A stretch of DNA of 62,982 nt, filler included, from Chiloscyllium plagiosum (GCF_004010195.1; 4 parts of one record of this genome joined end to end with filler, not necessarily neighbours in it); one strand, 5' to 3'. Positions 24,705 through 38,098 are shown, counted from the first letter of the whole stretch. Notes: generated by a model from the letters alone, not told the origin. Translations and numbers: made by a program.

Positions 24705-25310
24705 GAGTCCGAGTTCAGAATTCTCTTCTTCAGGTTCAGTTGGTAGTAAGGAAGGCAAATGCAATGTTAGCATTCATTTTGAGAGGGTTAGAATATAAGA
24801 ACAGAGATGTACTGCTGAGGCTGTGTAAGGCTCTGGTCTGGTCAAACCGCATTTGCAATACTGTAAGTAGTTTTGAGCCCTGTACCTAAGGAAGGATGTG
24901 CTGGCTTTAGAGGGAGTCCAGAGGAGGTTTTACAAGAATGATCCTGGGAATAAAGGATTTGTCAGATGAGGGGTGGGTGCAGACTCTGGGACTGTACTCA
25001 ATGGAAGAGAGGGTATCTGATTGAAACTTACAGAATACTGAAAAGCTTGGCTGAAGTGGATGAGGAGATGTTTCCATTGGTAGGAGAGACTCGGACCAGA
25101 GGGTGGTTAATCTGTGGAAATCATTGTCACCAAAGGCCATGGAGGCCAAGACACTAAGAGTCTTTAGACAGAGATAGATTGGTTCTTGATTAGTAAGGGG
25201 ATCAAAGGTTACAGGGAGAAGGCAGGAGAGTCAGGATTGAACAGTCAGACAGAGCAGACTTGATGGCCAAATGACCTAACTATGCTCTTATACCGTATCA
25301 GCTTATGCGA
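24705..25310 (+). mobile_element. CR1 3' end, degenerate
   Basis: KANAMLAFILRGLEYKNRDVLLRL and LIETYRILK. Confidence 0.85.
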
Positions 25311-26036
25311 TCTGAACTCTATTATATGGCACACAGTGCAAACCCATTGTTCTCCCATACTTAGACACAGCATATGGGTTCTCTGCAAAATTATGGCTTT
25401 ATGTTCCCTTACACAATGTGATTAAATCAAAATAATTAGCACTGCTCAACAAAACTGTTACTTGAAAAGCTCACCAAGCATAAGATATTGCATCACAAAC
25501 TTGTGTGTTGGATCTGTAAAGGAATACCAGGAAAATTTTTTACAGGGTGCTGTCCAGGATGGACATGCTTTGGACAGACCATGAAATGGTGAAAACGTCT
25601 AATTAAAAATGTTAAGGTAAATTTATCAGCAATTCTAAGCAATTGGCAATAGAAAGTGTTTTAGTACATTGGTGTGACTGAGCATGAATGAAGTTACTTG
25701 GAATTGTGTGCATCTGTGAATTGCTTGGTGAATATAACAGTCATTATTAATGAGCTCAGCATCAAGTTGAAAATAACAATATATGTTCTTGTACACAAGA
25801 TCAATCTGTCACGAGTCAAAAACATTTTTTCTAGGGTTAATTGAAAGATTTTCAGAGGAGTATTTTCAGGAGCTCCTTTTTTCCAATCTCAGTAACCTTC
25901 ATTAAATGATAGGGATAAGTAATAAAATTACCTTGGACATTGATTTTTTGGGGTTTCTTTTTCAAATAGGCATGATAGTACAATTACCAAGGACATTTTT
26001 AAAAATAATACTTTATATGAAGATAATCAAATTTTA

Positions 26037-26205
26037 AACAAAACCAGAAATTGCTGGGAAAACAAAGCAAATCTGGCAGCATCTGTGGAGAGAAATCAGA
26101 GTTAACGTTTTAGTCCAGTGCCCCTTCTTCAGAATGAAAGACTGTTTTCTCTCCGCAAACACTGCCAGACCTGCCGAGCTTTTCGAACAGTTTCTGTTTT
26201 TGTTC
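26037..26205. mobile_element. Foldback PLE-end element
   Basis: aaaccagaaattgctgg...tctggcagcatctgtggagagaaa is inverted relative to ttttctctccgcaaacactgccagacc...tttctgtttttgtt. Confidence 0.7.
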
Positions 26206-26749
26206 CCTTCTTGAAGCTCATTGTTTGTAAACAGCTGGATATGAGTGAAAGCTGCAGTAAAGCACAGACTCAGGAAAGGAAGGTAAACTTACAGAATGTG
26301 AACAGTTAGAGAGACACTCCATGATAGATTGGCTTGAGGGAGTTTCAAGGCTGGACCATTCACAATGAGGAATCAAATCTGAGATGTCTTAAATTAGATT
26401 TTGTGGCCCACAAAAGGGTGAACTGCTGCAAAATTCATAGGATCTGAACCAACCGTAGTTGTGGTGTGATGTCTGACCATCATTTGTCTGTTACGCATAC
26501 TTACTTCATGTTCAATTTGGGATGTTAGAATACAAGGTATATCTATCTTGGCACAGCATTAACCTCACTTGTCAATCAGCTTTTTATGCCTATTTGAGTA
26601 TGTTTCATTTTGAATGAATGAGGTATTCTTAATAAAATGAAGAAACCAGGCTGACCTGTTTCTAATGCTAATGCTAGAGCAGATACAGTCAATACAGAAT
26701 ACCATTGGCCCTATCATCAATCTGGCTAAATTTAAAAATTTAATATGAC

Positions 26750-26986
26750 TGTCGTGACTGTGACAAGGTCAGCCAGATAGACCTCATAGGATATGAGTTC
26801 CCTGATTGGGGCTGTTAACCTGGTTGAATGAGGAAACCCTAGTTGACATATAAGAAGGGAGAATGTCAGAGATACTGACACTCTGGTACCTGACTCTGTA
26901 TGAAGCAGTGCTACAGTCAAGGAGTGTTCATGTGTGAATAAAGGGTGATTTGGTGACAGGAAACCACCCTCTGCACAGTTATTTCA
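26750..26986 (+). mobile_element. LTR remnant (solo-LTR-like, probably Gypsy)
   Basis: TG...CA ends, a TATA-like atataag and AATAAA ~45 nt before the end. No convincing TSD. Confidence 0.6.
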
Positions 26987-27249
26987 GTGCCCAGAGAAGA
27001 TAGAATTAGTTTGAAGGAGCCAAACCTCACTGATTCTCTCTCTATCTCTCCCTCTGTCCCACACATTGCACCAACCTCTCTCTCTCTGATTGGTCGACTT
27101 GTTGTCAGACTTGTTGGTTGAATTTCCCCATCGTTCCTGTGTATTTTGAGCGCTGGTGTACAGAGACAGGAGAATTCCGTGAACCTGCTGTTGCTGAAAC
27201 AATATGCCAAATGGCCTCCTTCTGTATTGGAATACTTCAGAGATTCTGT

Positions 27250-28790
27250 ACTCTTTGGTACCTTCCACCACCCTCCTCCCTGACCTATCACCTCCATCCC
27301 CTCCCCACTCACCCATTGTACTCTATGCTACTTTCTCCCCACCCCCACCCTCCTCGAGCTTATCTCTCCACCCTTAAGGCTCTCTGCCTCTATTCCTGAT
27401 GAAGGGCTTTTGCCCGAAACGTTGATTTTCCTGCTCCTCGGATGCTGCCTGACCTGCTGTGCTCTTCCAGCACCACACTATTCCAGAATCTGGTTTCCAG
27501 CATCTGCAGTCATTGTTTTTACCTAGTTGATTTTAACCCTACTGCGAATCCTCGTGCAAGGATGCCTGCCTTGAAGAAGTTTTCCTCCTCTTTCTACAAG
27601 AGACACAGGGAGTCCCTCTCCCACTGCAACTCCCAGGTCACTTCCTCTGCCTTGAAGCTCTTCAACCATGTCCTGAAACAGACTCGCTACCACAGCCACA
27701 TTTGCTTCCTCAGCGCCTGTCTCCGTAACCAACTCACCCCACACGGACTCCGGACCACCTTTAAACCAGCAGAGTTCGGACCCGAACAGGACAAACAGTA
27801 CAGACTACAGATTCAAAAACACCAGCAACAGTTCTCCTTCAAGATCCACCGCTCCACGCTCGCAGCAACGCGCCGGCACCTAACCTCTCTACAGTCAGCC
27901 CTGCCTCAGCTGAGGGCCACACTCTCTCAAAATTGCAAAGGACCCACTCTGTACTACATCCTCAGGAGAATCCATACTCTCAACAAACAGTATTTCAATT
28001 CCATCTCAAACATCAAAAACTAAGTACAACAAACTTTTATCTACCCACCCCCATAACCAGCGCTCCTCAAACATTCCAGAAGATTCCCCTGGCCTCGGAA
28101 ACGCCATTAGCCATGCGGCTGATGCAGCTACCACCCCCACGCTGATTGATGATGTCACTTCTGCCCCCATCATGGCCACTCCCACAGCCACTTCCGGCCC
28201 TCACATCACCGCCGATGCCACACGCTCAGTGACTTCCGCCACCCCTACTGCCGTNNNNNNNNNNNNNNNNNNNNNNNNNNNNNNNNNNNNNNNNNNNNTT
28301 AATTAATTAANNNNNNNNNNNNNNNNNNNNNNNNNNNNNNNNNNNNNNNNNNNNCGCCTGGAGGAAGAACGCCTCATCTTCTGCCTCAGAACACTTCAAC
28401 CCCAGGGCATCAATGTGGACTTCACCAGTTTCCACATTTCCCCTTCCCCCACCTCACCCCAGTTCCAAACTTCCAGCTCAGCACTGTCCCTATGATTTGT
28501 CCTACCTGCCTATCATCTTTACCACCTATCCACTCCACCCTCCTCTCTGACCTATCACCTCCATCCCCAACCCCACTCACCTATTGTACTCTATGCTACT
28601 TTCTCCCCACCCCCACCCTCCTCTCATTTATCTCTCCACCCTTCAGGCACTCTGCCTCTATTCCGGAGGAAGGGATTTTGCCCGAAACGTCGATTTTACT
28701 GCTCCTCGGATGCTGCCTGAACTGCTGTGCCTTTCCAGCACCACTCTATTCCAGAATCTGGTTTCCAGCATCTGCAGTCATTGTTTTTAC
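27250..28790 (+). mobile_element. Penelope-like element with direct pseudo-LTRs, ORF collapsed in an N-gap
   Basis: 27262-27523 is repeated at ~28518-28791. The ORF N-terminus (LKLFNHVLKQTRYHSHICFLSACLRNQLTPHGL) and GIY-YIG C-terminus (RLEEERLIFCLRTLQPQGINVDF, from 28355) are present. TSD cttcagagattctgt lies at 27235-27249 and 28791-28805. Confidence 0.88.
27394..27425 (+). ncRNA. Minimal hammerhead ribozyme motif in PLE 5' pseudo-LTR
   Basis: Reads uc-CUGAUGA-a-GGGC-uuuu-GCCC-GAAA-cg-UU-ga with a palindromic ACGU stem III. The 3' copy (~28662-28693) keeps GUC but has a mutated core. Confidence 0.65.
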
Positions 28791-29791
28791 CTTCAGAGAT
28801 TCTGTGATATGTTACTCCTGACTTGGGGCACCAGCCTATGGAATCACTCTGAAATTATATGTGCAGTGTTAATAGCTTTTTTGTTGGATTGGTTACCAAA
28901 TGTTGTCTACCAAGCAACATAACTTTATCTCACAAATCAGACCCAGGATAGAAAGGGATTAACATAGAGTTGACCTTTTGGTGGTACCAAGATCAATCAA
29001 AATCTGAGTCAGTCCAACAAACAGCTTCAGAATTTGGCTCATGTCAAGGTAATGACCCAGCAAAGACCCTTTAGCCATTTCAACAAAACACAAATGTTGC
29101 TTAAAGATCAGAAGTTACAAAATGTAAATGGACAGAAAGAGCAAATAACTGAAATGACAAAATACTTAGCCAGCTAATGCTACGTTTGTAATATAAAATG
29201 GCTGCAGTTTCTATTTTTATTGTGGAAACATTGCTGGCTACATTGGTCAAACTAGATTCCTTTAAAATTATCATCTGGATTTCATTACATCGTTAGTGTT
29301 AACTCATCTTGTATTTGCAGCTCCCTAATAAACTATTTGTACCTCCGAGAGGGTCATATTGAATACAAAATCTCTTTCCATTTTCTAACAGTTTGTTCCA
29401 AAAAAGCAACAAATAAGGGTTCATACACAATGTCATTTCTGGAAAGAAACAGGAAATCTAATTGTATCTGGCCAGCGAACAATAAGAAAATAATTCATCA
29501 CTATTCCCTAGATTATCTTCACAATTCCTCAGATACTACAATAGCCCATAATCACATGCAAAATGTGTACAATCTCTAGAGTTAGGGTTGATAATTAGTG
29601 TGCATTATTGTGTCAGCAGTCAGTGACATTTACATTTCTCAAGTGCCTGGGAATATTACGTCCCACAAGAAATTTGAACCCTATTATCAACATCCTGGTC
29701 ACCACAGACTCAAACATAACTGAGCCAACAGATCAGAAAGTGGGTATTTTGCACCAAACAGAAGGCAAGTCCGGAACACAAGTCATATAAA

Positions 29792-30010
29792 GTTAGTGAT
29801 GCAATGGTAAGATTTGAGCCAGAAGATTTTGGTTCACCTGAGCAGAGGTGTGTCGTAACATTCCTGAACAGGTTGACTAGAACAGATCAAGAGGCTACTG
29901 TGGCACAACAGTAGAGTCCCTACCTCTGAGCCTGGAGGCCTAGGTTCAAATACCACCTGCTTCCGAGGTGTGTCATAAGAACTCGGAATTAGTTGGTATA
30001 AAGATATCTA
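29792..30010 (+). mobile_element. Two tandem short tRNA-like SINE copies (related copy at 56855-56970)
   Basis: gtggcacaacagtag...ggttcaaat A/B-box-like heads sharing cacctg..agaggtgtgtc.taac. Confidence 0.6.
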
Positions 30011-30708
30011 CATTCCAGATTGAGGCCATCGATCATCGCACTCACCATTTTAAACACCTTCTCCTTCCAACGTTATCTTACTACTATCAACAGGAATCAC
30101 TGCGGCAACTCACTACAGCTGAATCTCCACTACCAGCCGATACGTTAGGACAGCACATACATATCAATTCAAAATTAGGCACTATTCAAACCAGGAGACA
30201 CATGGCCATTCCTCTATGGCTCCAGAATTCCCACTGACAGCATTTGAGACTACAATGGTTTAAAAAGGCAGCCCTAGTAAGCAGTGTCAATACTGATGGA
30301 CAATAAATGAGAAGAAGCTGAAACCCTAAACATTAATGATCAAGAACCTTTCTTGTGACCATTTACTGCTTTGATAATGTTCTGTTTTGTCACCCCAGTG
30401 GATGAACATTACATTTCAAAGTCATCTCTATAGAGAGGATTAGATCCCATCCAAAACCATTGGGACTAGAAAAGCAAACTCCATCTCCAAATATCCTTTT
30501 GCAGCACTAAATTCGAACAATGCCAGGAAAGAAGGACCATTCAGAAAATTAAAGTTTTTCATCTGCTCCTTTGTGGTGTGGTTTCAGGTCAGTTCAGGAA
30601 ACACAATCCAAGTGCTTTAGGAAGATCACAGGTGAGATTCTTTATGAGCAACAAAACCTTAATAGAAAATAAAGTCCAGCAAAGTATAAAGCATGTGACC
30701 AACTTTAA

Positions 30709-31018
30709 ATTAGAATCCCTACAGTGTGGAAACAGGCCCTTTGGCCCAACAAGTCCACACCAACCCTCCGAAGAGTAACCCACCGAGATCCATTCCCCTA
30801 CCCTATATTTACCCCTGACTAATGCACCTAACACTATGGGCAATTTAGCATGGCCAATTCACTTCATCTGCACATCATTAGATTGCAGGAGGAAACCCAC
30901 GCAGACACAGGGAGAATGAGCAAACTCCACACAAACAGTCGCTTGAGGTTGGGAATTGAACCTGGCTCCCTGGCACTGTGAGGTAACAGTGCTAACCACT
31001 GAGCCACCGTGCCGCCCA
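30709..31018 (-). mobile_element. HE1-type V-SINE
   Basis: Reverse complement of the SINE at 38770-39089. Confidence 0.88.
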
Positions 31019-32474
31019 CTTGCTACAGTCAGTTTATGTTGCATACAAAATGTACATTATCCTTATTGAATTATTTCCATTTTAGCTTGTTATTTCTCAG
31101 CAGTCAGATTAAGGTCAATATGGGGGTAAAATGTTTCATCTCAGGAGTAGAGTACATGTACTTTCACTCTAAAGCTTGTTTCACTCCATTTAAACTGTTG
31201 AATAATGTATGATTTTCACACTGTCATTTGCTTGTTGGTGCTATGAAAGAAACCACATTTAAATAAATACACACTCTTGTGTGTTCTGTACTCTCTCAAA
31301 GTGGCGCTCTTGAATTGTGGCCCTCAAATTGATCTCATCAAACCAACACCAGTAACAGACCTGTGACTGCCAGTATTTTATGGTGTGCTAACAGCATAAA
31401 ATGCTCCCTCCAGCTCCACAAATAGGTTTTGTCTTCTACACTTAAATTGTAATAATGAATAATTATCACAATTCAGGGGGACATACTTCACAACTGCTTT
31501 TCTCCATTATTTCATTTTACTGAAACCCTAAGAACAGGATTTTTAAAAACATATTTATAGAGAATCAGCTCTCTCTAATATTAACCTCTCCCTTCCCTCA
31601 GACAACTACAATCCAATTCAACAGCGTGCAAACATTTGAAAGGGATTAAAATGTTGACTTTTGCTTGGTAATTTGCAACTGAAAAAGAAATCTGCATTCC
31701 TCCAGGATTCAACTCTTAATTGCATCAGGCTGGGAGGCGTAAGGAGGCGGGCACGTAATTGCACATGATCAGCTGGCATGCCCACTTTCTGGTCCTGTCT
31801 TGCCCCAAATCATTTTCTCTCAAGGTTGTTTCAGCAGCACAAACGCTGCCGACCCACAAGCAACATGAAAGCCAAGACAGAGATCAGCTCTCCATTTCAA
31901 CATTAACCTCATCAATCCCAAATAAAATTCAGGTGAGATCAGTACCTCTCCAAGTTAGGGAGACCAAATTGTTTCGTGATTTGTTTCATGGGTTTTGAAT
32001 TCAGATATTCATGGTTTTTCTTTATAATCTCACAATTGAAAGGTGGCATGGTGGCTCACTGGTTAGTTCTGCTACCTTCCAGCACCAGTGACCTGACTTT
32101 GATTCCACCCTCAGGAGACAGTCTGTGTGGAGTTTGCACGTTTTGAGTTTCCTCCCATGGTCCAAAATTGTCCACAGAGTCCATGGATGTGTAAGCTAGG
32201 TGGGTTAGCCATAGGAGAATGCAGAGCTATAGAGTGGGCTAGGTTTGGATGGCTACACCATTGGCAGTGGGCAGAGATTCAAGGATTTGGGAAGACCCAC
32301 TTACCTTTAAGGAGATCAGACTTTAAGATCTAGACATTTTCCTTTCCTCTTGGCTCTGTTTCGTTTATTTCTGCTTTTATAGTAAATTCTGTTCTTTTTT
32401 ATCTAAGATGGCACGAGAGAATGACAACATTGTACACTTTCCACTGTACTCCTATATCTCTGTATTTGAGTAAT

Positions 32475-33672
32475 TCTAATGCTAATTCTGGCGATCAGAG
32501 TTCGAATCCAATCATGGCAGATAGTAAAATTTAAATTCACGAGAAAGCTGATCTAATGTCAACCATGGTTAGTAAGTTTGCAGGTGACACCAAAATTGGA
32601 GGTATAGTGGACAGTGAAGAAGGTTATGTCAGATTACAATGGAATCTTGATCAGATGGGCCAATGGGCCGAGGAGTGGCAGATGGAGTTTAGTTTAGATA
32701 AATGTGAGGTGCTGCATTTTGGAAAGGCAAATCACAGCAGGACTTGTACACTTAATGGTAAGGTCCTGGGGAGTGTTGCTGATAAAAGAGACCTTTGAGT
32801 GCAGGTTCATAGTTCCTTGAAAGTGGAGTCGCAGATAGATAGAATAGTGAAGAAGGTGTTTGGTATGCTTGCCTTTACTGATAAGTGCATTGATTGCAGG
32901 AGTTGGGAGGTCATGTTGCGGACATTAGTTAGGCACTATTGGAATACTTCATGCAATTCTGGTCTCCGTGCTATAGGAAGGACATTGTGAACTCTTTCAA
33001 GTTTCACAGGATGTTTCCAGGATTGGAGGGTTTGAGCTATAGCGAGAGGCTGAATAGGCTGGGGTAATTTTCCCTGGAGCATCGGAGGCTGAGGGATGAC
33101 TTTATTGAGGTTTATAAAATCATGAGGGGCATGGATAGAGTAAATAGACAAGGTCTTTTCCCCAGGGTGGGGCAGTCTAAAATTAGAGGGCATAGGTTTA
33201 AGGTGAGATTTTTAAAAGGTACCTAGCGGGCAACTTTTTCATGCAGAGGGTGATGCGTGTATGGAATGAGTTGCCAGAAGAAGTGGTGTAGGTTTGTATA
33301 ATTAAATATTTAAAAGGTATCTGGATGGGACTATGAATATGAAAGGTTTAGAGGGATATGGACCAAGTGCTGGCAAATGGGACTACATTTATATAGGAAT
33401 CTGGCCAGCATAGACAAGTTAAACCGAAAGTTCTATTTCCGGGTTGTACGTCTCTATGACACAATGACTCCATGTAATCATTGTTAGTTGGTTGTCATCA
33501 AAAATATCTGGTTCACTCATGTGTTTTAGGGAAGGGAACTTACCCGGTCTGATATACATATGATTCCAGACCCACAGCAATGTGGTTGTCTCTTAACTGC
33601 CCTTTGGGCAATTAGGAAGTGGAAATAAACACTGGCCCTCTATCCCCTCATATCTTGAGCAAACAAAAATAA
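32475..33672 (+). mobile_element. SINE (gttcgaatcc B-box; ccagacccacagcaatgtgg core) interrupted by a CR1 3' end at 32568-33470
   Basis: CR1 runs from SKFAGDTKIGG to its tail, bracketed by ccatg. The SINE halves lie on either side. Confidence 0.8.
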
Positions 33673-34370
33673 ATTTCATTTTTCTTTCAGAAATCAAGCA
33701 TTGGGAGGATTTTGATTTTGAATTCAGGTCTTCTCTGTCCTTGTAATGCAAGCACTGAGAGGCAGGCATTAACATTGTCCTGACGTCATTGGCCTTGCCA
33801 TTCATCATGCTACAGAGTCTACAGGTAAGTGCAGTGCATATTAACCTATTTTCTCATTTAAATACTGACTGGCCTCTACTGTGATTCTAAAACATTATTA
33901 ATTAACCTCAGTAAATGGAGAAAACTGGGATTGAGTTAATTCAAACACTGACTTTTCACCCATGTCAGATTCTGTAATAATTACACACCAGTCTTGACAA
34001 ACTAGAAAGAGTACAAGCATTACATCTGTTATTTCATTCAACAATTACTGTATTTCATGTGTTATGACTCTAATTTGTGACAGGTTACAAGGCTTCCTTA
34101 ATCAGATTTCATAATTTATATTATTCTAGGGTTTTCTGATGTATTACTGGGTCAGATTATAAAAGTGAAATTCCTGAGAGACCGACATACAGGAAACCAC
34201 AAACCACAGACATGCAGCCAGTTCCCCTCAATGTTACAAATACTTAATTCATTAATTACAATTTATCCCGTATGACTGACTGTATTGAAAGCAAGCATTT
34301 CATACTTCATAAATATTTGAATATTTAAAGTTTGTGAGAAGATTTGTAGCTCGGGTGCTCATTGTTGTGG

Positions 34371-34681
34371 TTCTGTTCGCCGAGCTGGGAATTTGTGTTG
34401 CAAGCCCTCATAGAACCATATTTGGAGGCCCTTTGGCCCACTGAGTCTATACCACCAAAAATGCACTATACCTACACTATTTCCACTTTATGTACTTTAA
34501 GTGTTTCATCCAAGAATTTTTTTATAAGTTCATAATATTCAAGGCCAGGGGCCTCCTGCTGGAAAGTGGAAATAGTGTAGGTATAGTGCATTTTTGGTGG
34601 TATAGACTCAGTGGGCCAAAGGGCCTCTACATATGGTTCTATGAGGGCTTGCAACACAAATTCCCAGCTCAGCGAACAGAA
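34371..34681. repeat. Long inverted repeat: ~119-bp arms (34371-34489 / 34563-34681) of PLE end + CR1 tail
   Basis: ttctgttcgccgagctgggaatttgtgttgcaagccctcatagaacc...atttccacttt against its near-perfect reverse complement. Confidence 0.95.
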
Positions 34682-34868
34682 TTTAAATACTTAATCAGTT
34701 TTCTGACAGACAAACATACTTATCACCTACTAGACTCCCTAAATTAAGTAAAATTGCACTTCCACATCATCATTGCAAGTTTTAAATCATATAACTTACA
34801 TGCTGAAAGGGAATTCTTATTCACAATTCTTTTCAAAACATCTATCATCATTAGAAATATAGAAATAG

Positions 34869-35088
34869 GAAGTTAAAAATCACAACACCAGGTTTTGGTC
34901 CAACAGGTTTAACTGGAAGCACTAGCTTTTGGAGCGCTGTTCCTTCATCAGGTGGTTGTGGAGTACATGGAGCAGCACTCCTAAAGCTAATGCTTCCAAT
35001 TAAACCTGTTGGATCAAAGCCTGGTCTTGTGTGATTTTTAACTTTGTACACCCCAGTCCAACACCAGCATCTCCAAATCATGACTACA
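34869..35088. mobile_element. Foldback PLE-end element
   Basis: 34871-34945 is inverted relative to 34968-35045. Direct repeat agaaatag at 34861-34868 and 35089-35096. Confidence 0.8.
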
Positions 35089-35857
35089 AGAAATAGCAGT
35101 AAGCCTTTTAACCCCTTCAACCTGCTTCAGTATACAATGAGATCATATCTAATCTGCAGCCCAAACGCATATCTACCCCAATTCCCTTAATACCCGTGAA
35201 TAATAAAAATCTATTGATCTCAGTTTAAAACAAACAACTGAACTAGAATGAATTGCTTTTTGTGAAAGAGTTTCAAACTTCTAACATTCTTTGCATCTAG
35301 AATAGTTTTATATTCAGTAGTTTCATTCCTAAAAGTTCTGGCTCCAACTTTTAGATTATGCCCCTTAGTCATAAACTCGACAACTAGCAAAAATAATTTC
35401 CCTCCATCTACTGTAACTATTTCCCTGAATAATTTGAAAACCTGGATCAAATCATCCTTCAGTAATTATGTGACACAGATTAAAGATAGTTTTTTGGTAA
35501 GAAAAACTTTCTGCAACAATCAGAATTGTTGAAGACATCCAACACATCAATCTTTATTTTCAAATGATTGCTTGTTTTCACTGACTACTTCACGGCTCCA
35601 TTGACTATAGTGCACAATGTGAGCCTTGTGTGGGTTATTGTGTGGATTATTCTCATGACCAGACCTTCGTTGTATGCTGTTTCCTTACCTTTCTTCTCCT
35701 CTCCCCACATTTCTTTAAATAATTGACCCTTTGTTTGCAGGAAAGTTCTCAGATGCTTTGGTCATTATTCATACGCAAGCAGTCATAGATTATTCAACCT
35801 CTGAGCTCCAGCCTGCCCTGATCACCATAAATATTTTTAAAAACTCTCCAGATTAAT

Positions 35858-36170
35858 AGCGGCACGGTGGCACAGTGGTTAGCACTGCTGCCTCACAGCA
35901 CCAGAGACCCGGGTTCAATCCCCGGCTCAGGCGACTGACTGTGTGGAGTTTGCACATTCTCCCCGTGTCTGCGTCGGTTTCCTCCGGGTGCTCCGGTTTC
36001 CTCCCACAGTCCAAAGATGTGCAGGTCAGGTGAATTGGCCATGCTAAATTGCCCGTAGTGTTAGGTAAAGGGGTAAATGTAGGGGAATGGGTGGGTCGCG
36101 CTTCGGCTGGTCAGTGTGGACTTGTTGGGCCGAAGGGCCTGTTTCCACACTGTAAGTAATCTAAAAAAAA
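35858..36170 (+). mobile_element. HE1-type V-SINE, well preserved
   Basis: gcggcacggtggcacagtggttagc (A box), ggttcaatccc (B box), V-domain and CR1-type tail. Confidence 0.92.
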
Positions 36171-37136
36171 AGATCTGGTACCCGGTGGAGTTTTGGAAGA
36201 CTTTCTTTTACAACACAGTAGTATGGAGCATATTCATAGTCAACATACCAATGCCTAAGCTGAGATCAGGTAACACAGTATAGACTAATGACGTAGATTA
36301 ACGATTGAACTTAATGGACCTACTTTTCAAGTCTACCGAGTGGACAGTTTGTCCTCATAGAACCCACTTGCTTTAAATTGCAAGGTGTACAACAATCATA
36401 CAATGCAAAATTAAGTTTATATCATTGAAATATACAAAGTATGACAGTATTGAGTACTGAGCCCTGCAGAATGCAACTGGAGCCAACCTTCAGACACACA
36501 AAGCCAATTTTGGATGCAACTTGCCACTTTCTCATAGATCCCTTGAGTTTGTAAGGTTCTGACCAATCTACTACAGAGAAACTTGTCAAAAGTCTTGCTA
36601 AAATTCATGCTGACTACAAATGCAATAAATTAGTCAAATATGACATGTTCTTAATAACTCCATGCCTTCGAGCAAATACATTACTAAATAGCAATTTATA
36701 CTATTTCCCAGAACTTTATTCAATAATTTTGCCATTACTAAAGTTACGTGAAATAGCTATAAATAAATATGCTTATTCCCTCTTTTAATGTTAAACAACA
36801 GTACAATGCTGGCAGAACTCCAGTGCTCTGACTCCACGTCTGTAGGCAGAGAGGATTAGACAATAACACAGCGTCAGCCATTTCTTCTTTTGCTTATCTT
36901 GGTAGCATGTGGTACATGTCATGGTGATGTGTCCACTTTCAAGTACAAGCATGTTAAATCTTACATGTTTTCCCCACAAAGTTTATACCATCCAATACTG
37001 TTCATCTTCAGCAACAATCTTCAAATCATCATTCTCTTCGTGGAAACAGGTGCAATGTATTATTTAAGAATCACTCCTGTGTCTTCCACGTTCTAACATA
37101 CATCACCTTTTCGGGCTTTTATCGGCCGTAGTTTTT

Positions 37137-37435
37137 GATTAGATTCCCTATAGTGTGGAAACAGGCCATTTGGCCCAGCAAGTCCAGACCGATCTCTGAA
37201 GAGTGACCCACCCCCTACATTTACCGCTGACTAATACACCTAACCCACACATCCCTGAACTCTATGGGCAATTTAGCATTGCCAATTTACCTGACCTGCA
37301 CATCTTTGGATTGTGGGAGGAAACCGGAGCACCCGGAGGAAACCCACACAGACAGTTACCCGAGGCGGGAATCGAACCCGGGTCCCTGGTGCTGTGAGGT
37401 AGCAGTGCTAACCACTCAGCCATTGTGCCGCCCCA
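37137..37435 (-). mobile_element. HE1-type V-SINE
   Basis: Reverse complement of the same family. Confidence 0.88.
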
Positions 37436-37886
37436 CGTGTTTTCTTATATATCATTTTAGTATTTATTCATTCATAAAACAATATTTTCTTGATTTTACT
37501 TGTCAATATGTTTTCAACCTACACAGTTCAACCCATGAACCCAATCACAACTCGTATACTTGGCTTCTTGATGCATTGAGCTCCTGAAATCTGACAAATA
37601 GGTTTTTTTTGTGACCTATCTCACTGTGATCTGGTGAATCTGGATTTGGGGATCCCAACCCTTTTCCACAAATCAACTAAACGAGGTTAGAAGTGGACAG
37701 GGGGTCAGAGTTCAATTTTTCCTGCCCAAATATAAATACTGAATAGTACAAAGAAGAAACAAAAATGATATACAGAAATGATGTTAAATAGAGAACCCAA
37801 TTAAAAAATAATCTAATTTGGGACATTTCACTCCCTATCTGAATTGGGACTACAGAATGTTAAATCTTCCCCAACCCAAATTATAA

Positions 37887-38098
37887 AGTAAAAGAAATAA
37901 CTGTGGATGATGGAGATCTGAAACAAAAGCAGAAATTGCTGGAGAAACTCAGCATGTCTGGCAGCATCAGTGAGGAGAAAGCACAGTTAACATTTCAGAA
38001 GAGTTCTATAGAATGGTCACTGGGCCCAAGACATTAACCCTGCTTTCTCTCCAAGGATGCTGCCACTCCTGAGTTTTTCCAGCAATTTCTGTTTTGTT
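37887..38098. mobile_element. Foldback PLE-end element with 11-bp TSD
   Basis: Inverted arms 37922-37990 / 38034-38098. ccaaattataa at 37876-37886 and 38099-38109. Confidence 0.8.

Noticed and set aside
34371..34681. Hairpin as a miRNA gene or DNA-transposon TIRs
   Set aside because: The arms are built from retroelement pieces and are much longer than a typical pre-miRNA stem, with no transposase-type termini. Kept as a retro-derived foldback.
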